Shown: one piece after another, positions 24,086-37,163 of the stretch
Layout of the letters: each line of letters begins with the position of its first letter
How positions within the stretch are numbered: position 1 is the stretch's first letter
NCBI RefSeq assembly: GCF_036321535.1
Contig: NC_087436.1
Location: 108,998,001-109,062,000 of the forward strand
DNA: 64,000 bases
Direction of reading: 5' to 3'
Origin: Camelus dromedarius
Lineage: Eukaryota
Program-made: the position numbers and the translations under genes
Notes under the pieces: model-generated
What the model was told of the DNA's origin: nothing
Seen by the model: only the letters and a program-made list of their open reading frames with translations
Databases searched by the model: none

Positions 24086-27000
24086 TGGCTCTCCCATGCC
24101 TGAAATGTTCTTTTAGGTCTTTGAGCTTCTCTCAGGGTCTGTAGTAAGTAATGCACAAGGACAGGAAGCAGCTCCTGACCATGACCCTTGCACTTCAAAA
24201 GGGTCAAGGTCTGAACACAGCATTTCAGGGTAGTTTAGCTGTACATATGCTGCCAGGGCTGGTTGCCTCTCTACAAAGCACTATGATGCTTGGTTGACTG
24301 ACTTGGACCAATCAACCCTTAGCCCCCTCTCCAAGAGGAGCTGGTGTTCACAGGTGAGGTCTGCAAGACAGGCTACTCAAACGGTAATGAAATTCTCCTC
24401 CCCATGGGGTATTAAAGGTGACAAAGACAAAAGAATCCCAAACTGCTGTGTCTTGTAAAGGGGGAGAAAAGTGAGTCCAATGTCTGTTTCATCTACTTTA
24501 CAGTAAATCTGGAGAGTGGCTTGAACTTCGAATGATAGCTGTAATTAATAACTGCCAACATCTATATGATCACTAATTATAAAATAATAATCTCAAAGAG
24601 TTTTATTAACTTAAATTACGTCAAAGACATCAAAGCTCACGATGAGTGGATGACACCTGAGTTGAATCTTGTCACTAAAAATGATTTGCATTTTCTACAC
24701 ACACACACTTCCTTAAACACACTTTTTCTTATAAAAATATTGGTTTAACTTACTGCATTATTGAAAATGCATAACTCTAGTGATTCATTTGACAAGTCAA
24801 TGAATAATGAAGATCTTACATAATCTGAGAGTTAATATGAAATGTTTCCTGAAATGAGTAAGAATAGTGTAGAAGGAAATTAATCACATATAGTAGGATT
24901 AATTTACAAGTGAGACTATTTTATTTGACCAAAATACAAAGCTGCTTCAGTTGAACAATTTTCATAATAAAATATTGGGGGGAGGGTGGAGATATTTTGA
25001 GCTAGACCCAGCAAATGATTAAAGGATGTGCATGACAAAGTCCTTACTCTGGGGAAATTACAATCTGGAAAAATTAGAGATGTAAGATAAATGCTTAATT
25101 TTCCAGTATCCCTTAAGTTTCACTTAGTGACTAGAATAGAGACAGCATCGTGGCCTGTAAACGGGCTGAATGATTTGTTATTTCATTGATTATTGAAAAC
25201 TACATTACACAGATGCAAAGTTCATTATTATCCCTAAAGAGACTTTTTCTTTTGGTAAGGTAAACTGTGCTATACAGAGGGAAGACATTTTTGAAGCGTT
25301 ATTGGATGGACAATCAGTTGCTTTCTATCTACCAAGAAATTTGGGCAACAGTATGTCCTGCTGAGTCTCATTCAGTTCTCAAAGCCTGCTCAGCAGAGAA
25401 GAGGCTGGTCATTTTGTCCCTGGATCAGGATTTTGGGAATTTTCTAACTCAAACTACTCTGTTTAAAACATTAATTTGTTTTACACTAATAGAGCAATGG
25501 GAAAGGGTGGATTTGAATTAATAAGTATCTCATTTATATTTTTCCAAAACTTAGCCCTGTAAAGTCAGGTTGGCCATGTCTACAAACACAATTTTACATA
25601 TAAATACAGGGCACTGTTGAAACACTTCACTGACACTAGTTTTGCTAGTGGAACCAGATTAGTTTATTTTTTCTCTGAAATAGAAATAATCTGACTGTCT
25701 CCTGGGGATCATAGATGCATAAAAAGGACTGGGAGGATTCTGGGCCTGACATCACGGCCTGTTCTTATTCCTATTCATAAATTGAACTGAACTAGTTTTT
25801 TTTTTTTCTTTTTTCAGTATGAAGGCATCATTAATATTGATAATAATGGAAAGGGAACTTATGACAGCAATCTGAATAACTGAACCAGAATTCTAGTGTT
25901 CAATTTAATCCGTTATGACAGTTTCAAATAGACTTGGAACCAGGGAGGAAGTCTGGTTGAATTCCTGACAGCATCCCCAGGACACAGAGTTTTGGAGGGT
26001 CAAACGCATCGTTCTTCAAATATTTGCATTTTGAGCTCTTGTTGGGCTCAAGAAAAACCTGGAAAAATGGTACCTATTTTTCATTATTTGAATCAGCATA
26101 GCAAAGGAAGGTATCAAAAAAAGCAACCTACTGGAAATAAGTGAGATTTAATTTCTTACACTACTCAAGGGCAGGGATAGATACCTTCATTTGTGTTTTT
26201 GTATTTCCTCATTGTATTCACTAGCAAGTGATCTGGCACAGATCAGATACACAACAGTTGTTGAAAAATGTGAAAGATAGCACTGATTTGATCGCTTTTC
26301 AAAGGAAAATACTCATAAATATCAATGAAGGATAGCCTGACGGATTATGCAGGGAAGCAGAGAGAATGAGGAATACTGGTAGCAGATCTGTGCTCGGAGC
26401 TCCCAGTCTCAGGTCCGCCCTTGCAGGCTGGACTAGATGAGTAGCCTGCTGACTCAGATATCCTGACAATCTTGCTGCCAAATAATGACTATCTCCATCG
26501 GAAGTAGAGAGGATGAACTCAGGAATCAAGAGGACGGGTGAATATAAATGGCATGTTTGAGAAAGATTCAGATAAATGGACCTGAATGTTTCTCATTATC
26601 TAATTTAAAAAATTCCATACAATTCATAAAAAAAAAAGTGTACATTTCCCATTTGTTCTCTACTCATATAAAAAGTGCCATTCTCTCTCCTCTCACAGAC
26701 CTTGCAATGCAGCAGGGAGATGGATGAACTGTATTAGAGCCTGGACACAGCTGACGGGATTATGGGAGTCATCCCGGAACAGGTTAATTGAATTGGACCT
26801 GAAGGAAAAGTATTTCTCTTTTCTCCTCTTTTGCTGACCCAGGCCAGACCTATTTGTTCCATACCCTGCTTAAGGTTATAATCCCAGGCACCAGCGCACA
26901 TTACCACAGGCAGATTCTCAGTCTCCAATCTAAATATTTAGTATCCTGATCAGATGTGATAGCAATCATTGAATTTAGTTCCATCAGTAAGTAAAGGATT

Positions 27001-30000
27001 ACTTACAGATAGTATGTTTCTGCTTCTAACTTTTTTTTAAAGAGGTAATTTTTCCTGAAGATTCTTTTTAATAATGATCTGATGTATTTTTTATTAGTGT
27101 TTATTATCCTGAAATTTTTCTACCAATTAGCAATAGTTAACTGATCTTCATAATAGAGTCAATAAACTATCCAGATCATACCTACTTCTACAAACTTAAT
27201 TAAATGCAGTTGTTAGCATAGAAATACAGGTAACTGATCTTGAGGGACCATGAATTTCTGAAGATACATATATGTCCTCCTGGTGCAAAGGGTGTGCCAA
27301 ATGGGACACACACATAAGCGGATGTTACCAAAGTGCAACCACATGAGGTCAAGTTCATCATAGTTCAAAACAGAAAGGTTTGAGGAAGTATGCTATACAT
27401 GTGGACATTAAGATGTTTCATTAAAAAAAAAGATCATTTCATGGGCTCTCTTTTGCTCTAAATGAGATGAAATGGGTTGCTTCATAATGCTTGTTTGCCA
27501 GAATGTTTGATTAGTCTTTGCATTCCCCAAAAATTGTTTCTCTTTATTTAAAAATCATTAAAGTAGCTCTATTTTGCTGTTAACTTTCTTGAAATACGAG
27601 AAATGATGGCTTTGTACTGGTGAGATAACTGACCTAATCTGAACTTGCAATGAAGAATCAAAGCCAAAGAGTCTGCCTGCTAGATGAGGGCAATGTTTTA
27701 TGTATTTTCATATCACTTTCAATGTTTAGCAGTGTCCTGAATAAGGTGTTTTCTCTACAAATATCTTTTGAATGTTTTAAATGGAAAAACTTACCTCCTC
27801 AAATAAATAAACAAAAAAGGAGGTGTTTTTCAGTGCTTCCTCATTGGAACAGTTAAATAATGTAGTCAATTCCAACAGCTACTGAAACTACAGAAATATT
27901 TAACTTCATTTTCAAAATAAATAAATCCAAATTAGATTGAGTAAGGCTTGGTTAAGCTAAACTACTGTTTTGGGCTCAATGGGCTCTGGTTATTAACTAA
28001 AGTGAAAACAGGATTTTAAAAATGTTTTCTGAGATTCAAAGAAGTTTAAGAAGGCTCTGAAAGGTTGGAAGATGAATGCCAACCACACAGTATCATTAGG
28101 CTGCCAAAATATTCCCTCTAGTTAAAACAGACTGCACATACGATTGCAAATACACTGACTTTGATGTAAAGACCTTACGCATCTCGAGGCAGAATTAATA
28201 ACAGAAGGAGTCACTGTTATTAAGAGATCATGAGACCCCAAATATACACAAAAATACAGCCAAATTTGAGAGCTCCTCAACATTCAGTACTTCCTTCTGC
28301 TTCAAAGTAGAGTAAGGGGGTAAAGAGAACCAAAGACTTATTGCTAAATAAAGCCTTTCCATTGGACATGAGCACAGCAAATAAAATGACAAAATAATAA
28401 TTTAAAAAACAATAGTACTGAAAGCTATGGGGAGAGAAAATTCCTTCACACATATAACTTACTTTAGGTAGAATTTTCTCTATCAAAATTCCCTAAGAAG
28501 TCTTCTGCTATTGAGAATGACATCAAATCATCTAAACCACGTCACTGCAGTAATGATGGTTGGGACTGAATGATGCAAAACCTAAACCTGTCCTCTAGGG
28601 CCGCCCCTGCTATTTCTGGAGTAGAGCCATTTTAAAGAGTTTTCTTGCACATTCTTCCATGTTACTCTCAATATCTAAGTGAGATGGGATAGATGTCATT
28701 AAGGACTGTGAGAGGCTCCAGAGTTGATAGATTTTAGTGCTAGGATGAGAAATTTGAGCTTTTCCCATTAGCTACATAAATTCATCAGTATCCCTCCTGC
28801 CCTACGTGAGATAAACATCAGGGGAATTCATTAATTAATTGTATAGGCACTGAATAGGCGCTTTCTGTTTTTCATGTGTCAGTAAAGTAGATGTCGGTCT
28901 GCACCAGAATTCTGTGGCTACGGCTTTACTCTTTTCAAGTGTACATAAGGGAGAATTGTGTATAGCAAGCTGAAGAGGCAGCAGAAGGCAGGCTCGTTCG
29001 GGACAAAGGATTGGTCAGTCTCTGTGAAAAGATGCCAAGCCTGGAAGATGGCAGCAAATAAGAAGGGACTGGTTCCAGGGGAAGGCCCCCAGATTAGAGT
29101 GCATGTCTTGCTCCCAGTCAGGCATTGGTTTGCATCTGGACCCCTACTTACAAGGTACGTATCCTTGAGCAGTGCTTTCTTGTTGTTTCAGACACGTTAT
29201 TGCTCAAATCCTTATTGCCCATATCTAAAGAGTTCTTTTAAATTAATAATATGTCACCTAATTACAGAGCTTCTTTTTATTTAAGAAAATTACCCTTCAA
29301 AATTTCATTTCTAGTTAAGTTTTAGATTCAAACCAATAGAAAATGGTTTGATTGCTTTTAAAAGCAAATTCAGTCAGCAGCAGATTCTTGGAAATAAGAG
29401 ACATCTTTTATACACATAAGCATGAGATTTAGTCAACACAGGAAACCGTGTGGTGATGTAACACACGATCATACTTCCAAGCTTGCTCCTGAGGGTATCT
29501 GTAACTACTTAAGGACATATTGCTGTGGCAGAATAATTGTCGTTGTGTTTTCTGAGATAGAATCAGACCTTAGACATCTTTGCCCCAATTGCTTTAGTAC
29601 TTGTAAAAAGAAAAGATAACATTTGACCAAGCATGGTATTGGATGCATTAATCCACAGAGTATATATACAGGCTATATTTTTTACATTCTAAAATAGGAA
29701 ACAATTTTTTTCATGTTTTTTAACTTAACTCTGCATATAGTAAGAGTACGTGACCAAACCCAGAAAGTCACCTGAACAGTGCAAGAGAAAAAAAATGAAG
29801 TCCTTATTAGCAAGAGGAGACAGAGTTGCTATATAATGTAGCCCATGTTAGCACTACAATCTTACTGCTAACGCTTCACATACAACTGAAAGTGTCAAGA
29901 CAAGCATATATTATGTTCCTTTTAGGATGCTGTGCCTACACTGAGAATTTGAAGACTTTTCGTTAAGCTTAATGAATAAAAATATAATGTTACTAGGTAT

Positions 30001-30747
30001 AATTCTGACTCTCCAAGGTAAAAATTTTACAAAGACTCCATGATGACTCCCCAGACAAGCCCATCATCCTAAGCGCTCCAGGACTTCCTTTCCTGGGCCC
30101 AGATGTATTAGGAAAGCCAAGCCCACCAGATGATGTCAGTGATCAGACACGGCTCTTTTAATGCTTTAAAAATACTGCTCAGTACTCACGACATTCTGTG
30201 AGTTTGACAATGCTATTTTATACATCAACCACTTGGGCTTGGTAATTTTTTACCTGATAAAATGTTTTAATAAATATATACATCCTTTAACATTTTGCAT
30301 GTTTCAAATTACCAAAGGTCCTACTTTAAAGTTAGGGGAAAATTCTATTTAAAATTTTTTTCTAGTGACTGCCTCTCTCCTGTACTAAATGACTTAACAT
30401 TTTTCACTATAAAAATTATACATATTTGTGGTATCTTTAAAAAAGGAAAAGCATACAGGTAAGTAAAAAGTAGAAAGCAACAATCTTTCTTTTTGGCCAC
30501 TTTCTTCCCAGAGAGTTTATTTCCCAGCCTTCCAGGCATTGGTAAAGCGCATTTCAGACTTTTTTTTAAACAGTATTTGGCATAATCATCACACATCAAA
30601 GACGTGAATGACTGATTTGACATACTGATCTCAGGCTTCATTTTTGTCAACATTCCTTTGACCATGTCCACACCATGAAATCTACGTAGCTTTAAGAGAA
30701 AGAGGGAAACTGAAATAAAATCATAATAGACTTAAAAGGCAACTAAC

Positions 30748-30774
30748 CTTTTTCCACCTCATTCAGATTAGCAG
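30748..30774 (-). CDS. SLIT2: SLIT2 alternative 27-nt cassette microexon (AANLNEVEK)
   Basis: cttttgtctcttctgtctttgtcgctgccag|CTGCTAATCTGAATGAGGTGGAAAAAG|gttagt; phase 1-1 matching the flanking exons, no stop codon; I recall this 9-aa insert from rodent Slit2 isoforms. Confidence 0.85.
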
Positions 30775-31254
30775 CTGGCAGCGACAAAGACAGAAGAGAC
30801 AAAAGACGTTTTACATTGCAGTACAACAGCAGAGCACAGGGAGCCAAGCACAGCATTAACCACGGAGAAGCCAAGGGTGAGGGAGCGAACTGCAGCAAAC
30901 TTAGACTGCTTACCTACAGCCGGGCCAACGCACAGACAAGGAGGACACGAGGCAAAGGGTAAAGGCCGTCACAGTGAGCCAGAGCTCTGCGGCTAGCCCG
31001 GGTGACTGAGCAACCGGGAGCTCTGCTTTGTGAGATGTGCACAGAATGGTTTGTGTGTGGGCATCGGAGATTCGGAAAACAGAGAGATCATGGGACACAA
31101 TGGAAAAATTAAAATGTTCTGAATTCTTTCCACAAAATACATTCTAAGTCTTTACATGCCCGACTCGTATGTGAACTTTCATTGACTGGACTTATGCCAT
31201 CCCATTACGTAGTGTCCATGGTTGAAATGTGATCAATTTTGTATCATCTTTGTA

Positions 31255-31329
31255 TGTGGTCCTGTGAGAAGAGGGTTAATTCAGAAATACAGGGTTTTGT
31301 GGTCCTGTGAGAAGAGGGTTAATTCAGAA
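31255..31329. repeat. Perfect 32-bp direct repeat (2 copies, 11-bp spacer)
   Basis: tgtggtcctgtgagaagagggttaattcagaa at 31255-31286 and 31298-31329. Confidence 0.95.
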
Positions 31330-34300
31330 TCGGCTTTACAGAGCCGATCCAGGGTTCTGACTCTTAGGAAACATGCAAAACCAAACGGCATTTTAAAATT
31401 CAGCACCTAAATTCATACCAGAGCTTAAGAAAAGGTGTCAAGTTTTTCAAAATTGCAGGGGTGCCATGTTTACAATTTTCACTTTTATAAATTTTGAGCT
31501 AGTCTAATGAGTAATTCCTTGAAAATTTACTTTCAAGAAATGCCTTGTGTTTAGAAAAGATATAATAATTATTAAAAAAAAAAAACCACAACTTAAAACA
31601 TAATCTTTCAAGCTAAAGTTAAAACTCTGGAGTAGATTTTTAAAGTATTTGTTTAGCAATTCTGTATTTTATTTAATCTTTAGTTTAGTGATAGTAATTT
31701 TAATTTAGAATCACAATGAATTTAACTTTTCAAAAATGACTCTTTTCTGAAGAATGCTAGCAATCCACAGTCACATGTTATTCAACTGAAGGACAGATGA
31801 TGGACTGAATTCGGTGGAAAAGAACAGTTTTGATGCTCAGGTGGGGAGGCTGAAGGAAGGATTACATAACAGAAAAACAATACTAACCCTTAAAATTTAT
31901 GTTGTCAATCCCTGCAGCCAGAAAGGACAGAGTTTTGTCCTCTAATAAATCAATAACTATTTACTGTGATGTTTTAGTTACATGGGCTTAAATAAATTTC
32001 ATAAACTTCCCAACAGTGGTTCGTTTTATTTTGAAAATGTGTAGCCGTGTTTTATAGCCTGCCCATCAACATCATGACTTCTCTGTCAGACTGCTTTTCG
32101 ATCTCTGAATTAACACATCATATCCATTCTGATTTCTGACATGGGTGCCAAATGTAAAAACTTCCACCTTAATGACTTACGAGCTTTCCCTATTAACAGT
32201 CTTATTTGCTCCTACTAAAGAGTTCATTTTTTCACTGAATGCCTTGGAGGTAAAAATATCTCCAAACAGAAAAGCAACTTGTGACTTGAATGATTTTTAA
32301 ACAATGACAACACTACTGTATTCCCTGAGCACAGCAGGGTTTCTGCCCCAAGATCTCATGCTCATTAATCAGATACCAAACTTAAATCTAAAACAATACA
32401 GCCACAATATAAGAAAATGTCTCCCTAACTGCAGACTTGGATAAAGCAAGATCTAAAACTCTAGAGTCCAATTTACACCTTCCTATAATTAAAGGCCACT
32501 TATGTGCCACTGATTTCAAAATCTGCAGATGGTGGTTTGATATTCTGTAAATGAGCTCATTTAACACATGGACAAAAATGCTACAGCTAATTGATGTGTT
32601 GCAAACGTGCCTGGGTTAGAGAGCTGCTCTAATGCCAAACTGTCAAACTCCTCACTGCCCAGAAAACCCAATCCAAAGCTGCAGGGGTAATATCTTCATG
32701 TTTTGTATGCTCTGAACTGTCTACTGAGTGCAGTATTTTTGTTTGTCCTTAGCCCGAATTAAGGCAAACTGGTATTTGCAGGAGACGTAACTGAAAAGGC
32801 TAGAAGAGTCTCACTCAGTTCCTGTTGAGAACCAAGTGGTTCTTGACGAACGGTCATGGCAGGTTCCCACATGACAGCTTTTATAGATGTCACATTTTGG
32901 CTGAAGGGTAGCTGTGCTAAGCTCTGGAGTTGTTTGGACATGTTTCAAAGTAAGAGGTCTGACCCAGGGAGATGAGCTTCAGAATACTTCTCTGAGGAGG
33001 CTGCACTGAACTGAATCACTCCGGGATGGAGAAGACATGTTCAAGAAGATGAGGTGTAGGAAGGGAGCTTGGAAAACGAAGGGGGAGAAGGTAAGACAAA
33101 GACTAGAAGAAATGGAAAAGGAATGAGGTACAGCAAATCTAAAACAGCAGATCCCTCCAAACCAGCTCAAGTCACAAATTATCATGAAAAAGGCGTGTGA
33201 GCACTGGAACACAGCAGCGCTCTCAAGCCTCAGTTGTCATCAGTGAGGGGTTGTTCCCAGTGTCCGTGCTCAGGAGCACACTGGCTAACCAAACTGCGCT
33301 TGAAATGCTCGGCTTCAATTTGTCCTGGTCAGAGTAGGTTAGTTTAAAGAGGCCTCTGACATTAAGTGAATTAGGTTCTTTCTATAATGATTAGAACAAT
33401 GATGGCATAAGGAGATATGTGGTACTGATTTTAGTGCAAGCATCGGGCTGCTGGTACAAGGCTACATTAGCCCATCCAATAAAACTCAGATTCTCAGGGT
33501 AGCTCCAAGGGCTCCTGAATCTGTGCTCAGGCTAATGGCAAGTCTCTGAGGTGTGACACAAGTAATACTGGTATGAAGGTCAAAGCTATGTAGCACCTAA
33601 ACTCTTCCTAGCCATGTCAGATGGGTGCATAGCAGAGAATTCAAATTTTGGCCCCTAAGGTGTCCAAGGACTGTGTATATATATATTTTATAATAGAGCA
33701 ACTGATGATATAACACGTTCAAACTTCTACTGGAAATTTAGTGTATTACTTCACATGGCATCAAATGGCTCAGTGGTGTGAAAGGAAAAATCACACCACT
33801 GAAAAAGGCAGCTGCAGAATCTCTCAAACAGACCCGGGGTATCAAAATAGGAATTCATTATTCTATTGAGCATTTTTGCATCAAGAAAAATACCTCTTAA
33901 AATGCAAAGTGTGAGTATTCCATAAAAGCTTAAATTTCAATGCTTTTTAAACAAGTCCCCAGGAAAGTTGATCGTACAGGTGTGCTTTCACTCTTCATGT
34001 TTAGAGATGTTAACCTCAGTCATCCAAGTAGCTACATCACCCTCTAATATTCTTAACCATATACGTGGAAATAAAAATGATTAATGAAAAATACCCAGCC
34101 AAATGAAAATGGTAACTTTGCAGAAAGTGACAGAACCTATTTCTTCATTTTTTCTTACAAACATAACGTGTATCAATCTCCTTTTCTCTATCAATTCAAA
34201 AACTAGATGGTCTATGAGGCAAACAAGATTGCAGCTATGAAGTTTCTTATTCATAGGCACAAAAAATCAATCAAAATAGATATTCTGACGTAATAGGGAA

Positions 34301-34937
34301 GTCATAAACTTGATGTTGACTTTATAGGAAATTGGTTTATCCAGGGAAGAAGTTTAGCAGTTTGAATCATCTTATGAGATGTATCACCTTTTTATCTTGA
34401 CATTTCGTATCAAGATACAACAAAAGGGGGAGATGATCTCATAAGATTATCCAGAGTGATCAGTATCTTCCTGATTGAGATTTATTTTGAAGGACGTGAG
34501 TTACTAGAGGCAAATACTCATTAATGAAGAAACAAGGATGGACAGGAAGAATCTCAAGTGCTTAATTATGTTTTGACTATGTTAGGATATGCCCCCTTTT
34601 CCCATACGTATTGGTGGGTTGGTCTGCACTGGAAAAACACTTTGCATGAAAATGACATTTAGTTGTGGGAGTAAAAGCTTCAGCATGATAACTTCCTTTG
34701 AGCTGGGTAGCATGACTTTATGATAGATGCCTGTGTTCTGACTGAGCTCACCAGGACTTTTATTTGGTTGGCTGAAATCATCTTTAACTCTGTCTATTGG
34801 TACATTACACCTAATTTCCAAAACACCTGTCAGTTACTGAATAATACAATGGTTTACTAAACACATGCAGCCGGGTGCTGATGGTGCTTTCAAGGAGATA
34901 CACAGATTGATGGCAGAGCACTTCCTAGTCTTCCTAC

Positions 34938-35077
34938 CTGTGTACTCAGGTGGGCAAAGGCACGTGTAGTTATTAATTCCATCGACGCATGTAGAGTTAT
35001 TTTCACAGTCATTATCTTCACAGTCATCAACATTGATTTCACAATTTTCTCCTTCAAATCCATCAGCACAAATACAC
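34938..35077 (-). CDS. SLIT2: SLIT2 exon (~29), end of EGF2 and EGF3
   Basis: 140 nt; ttcag|G...G|gtagga; [46 protein letters not shown]. Confidence 0.97.
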
Positions 35078-36354
35078 CTGAATGCCAGGGGAAGAAAAGA
35101 CAAAAAAAAAAAAAAAAAACCAGACTTCCTGAATTTTCATACCATATGGTCTAAATATTAAAAAAAAAACTAAGTACACTCATCAATTACAGAGATTTTA
35201 ATGACAAGAAATTGATTCTTAAAATGCTTCTAAATGACATGCTGTAAGCATCAATTTAAGGTAATATTCCCCAACCAGAAACAATTTGAGAAAGAAAATT
35301 TTTGCTGGTGGCAAGACGGCATATGGCCCCATGGTCCTGTAAGTCAATAAATCCAATATATTTGCAGATCTAAAACACGAGCAAAGTTTAGTCTACAGCC
35401 CCAGATATCCTAATCTCGAGATATGCTCTAATAAAATAACTCATGCTTCTTTGCTCATAAATGAGAAGGAATGGTTCTGTGTTTTTTTTTTTTTTAATTA
35501 CAACCCCTATTACCTTATGTGTAATGTTCTTGATGTCTCAAAGCAAAAAAGAAATCTGAGAACAAAACTTTGTTTTTCTTGCAATTATAAACGTGTGAAT
35601 ATTCTCTTTATATCTCAACAAATACAATTCTTTTCACTGGCATAAACCATTGTACATTTCATCTTGATAGGTAGAATAATCTTTGAGTAAAGTCTTGATG
35701 AAAAGACACAATTTCATAACAGAATGCACTAATGAAGTATATTTATTATAAAATGTGATACTTGTAACAATCTTTAGCAGTAGATTAGCACTCTTATGTG
35801 AAATTATGTGTGTCATTATAAGAACTTTCCTTCATGATTTACTCAGTACATCTGAAGTAATTGTAGTGTATGATTGAATAACTCCAGAATAAAAATGTTC
35901 ACAGCATGGTTGTCTGCTCATAGTGTGGCTTGAAAATAATTGTTAATGTTCTGTTTCAGTGGGACCTACATTTTATCATTACCCACTGTCCGTGAAAGCA
36001 ATACATAAAGTAACAGATAGGGGACTATCTGCAATAGGCTATTTGGCTATTAATTAGCATGACAGAGCCACCTCTTTATCTTGACCTAATCTGACTTGAT
36101 TAATCATAATGTATGCATGTGAGAGGTTTTAAATTTCTTGGCTTTGTAGCATCCTGAGTTGAGAATATTTCAATGTCTCTATTTGTTTTTAAATTGAAAT
36201 AGCTCTGAGACACACTAATACATAATTTTCTTCTGAACAGACTTCTGGCATCCTTTTAAAAATAAAGCTCTTGGATTTAAAAAGGAAAAATGCATGTTTG
36301 CTTAGTTATTCTTGCTCCAGTACTTTAGACACAGATCACAGACCAGCGACCTAC

Positions 36355-36452
36355 CAGAATCCATCTTTTTCTCCTTCTTTCAAGTGGCAAGTTCCTCCAT
36401 GTTTACATGGGTTACTGATGCATGCATGAATTGGGACATCACAGTCCTGGCC
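36355..36452 (-). CDS. SLIT2: SLIT2 exon (~28), EGF2
   Basis: 98 nt; ctccag|G...TG|gtaggt; [33 protein letters not shown]. Confidence 0.97.
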
Positions 36453-36591
36453 CTGGAGAAGAAATGGTCAAGTAAAGTTAAGTGTAAATAAAGTCGTTCT
36501 CGGCTCATAGAGAAAGCACCACAGTAAGATGAGGCCCCACCAAGGAAAGCTACGTTTTCAGCTCTTAGTTCCCACAACAGCTTCTACTTAC

Positions 36592-36716
36592 CTTGAAACC
36601 ATACGGGCAGGTGCAGCGATAAAAGTCAACGGGATCATTGTTACAGGTGCCATCGTTTTTACAGGGATTTGATAAGCAGGGATTGCATTTAGCTAGAATA
36701 TTGACATCCACAGGAC
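36592..36716 (-). CDS. SLIT2: SLIT2 exon (~27), EGF1
   Basis: 125 nt; ttcag|G...AAG|gtaagt; [42 protein letters not shown]. Confidence 0.97.
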
Positions 36717-36964
36717 CTGAAAATTAATTGAAAAATATGAGGAGCGGATGCTTTCTGTTTCCAATTCACTTGGAGTTATTTCAATGCCTTAATGTAACAG
36801 TAAATTCTGTAGAAAATTATTACTGTAACACAGCTATGGCTAGATGTGCTCCTCTTCCACGTCAAACCAGAAATCAGCATCACGACACTGTCTTTAAGAA
36901 TGGGTCAGGAAGTCGTTTCATTGGGAAGTAATGGTGACACTCTTGGACCTCAGAGTGGGACTCT

Positions 36965-37100
36965 GGGTTGTGAGTGTAGGTGGTTAGGATCAGACGTTAA
37001 TGATGCCAACGTCACAGGGTCAACCCACTTATTAGCCAACTAGCTTATGTGGATCTTTCCACGGCCAGTGCCTGCAACTTCATTACTCAGCCAACAAGCA
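36965..37100 (+). mobile_element. Ancient tRNA-derived SINE (MamSINE1-like)
   Basis: gtggttaggatcagacgttaatgatgccaacgtcacagggtcaacccac...gccaactagctt...ttccacggccag resembles recalled MamSINE1. Confidence 0.6.
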
Positions 37101-37130
37101 TGGAAGGGTACGCCCTGGATCCCAAAAGAA

Positions 37131-37132
<2 letters not shown>

Positions 37133-37162
<30 letters not shown>
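37133..37162. repeat. (GT)15 microsatellite
   Basis: Perfect GT run. Confidence 0.95.

Positions 37163-37163
<1 letters not shown>

Noticed and set aside
31255..31329. 32-bp direct repeats of CRISPR-like length
   Set aside because: Only two copies with an 11-nt spacer, in a mammalian intron with no cas genes.
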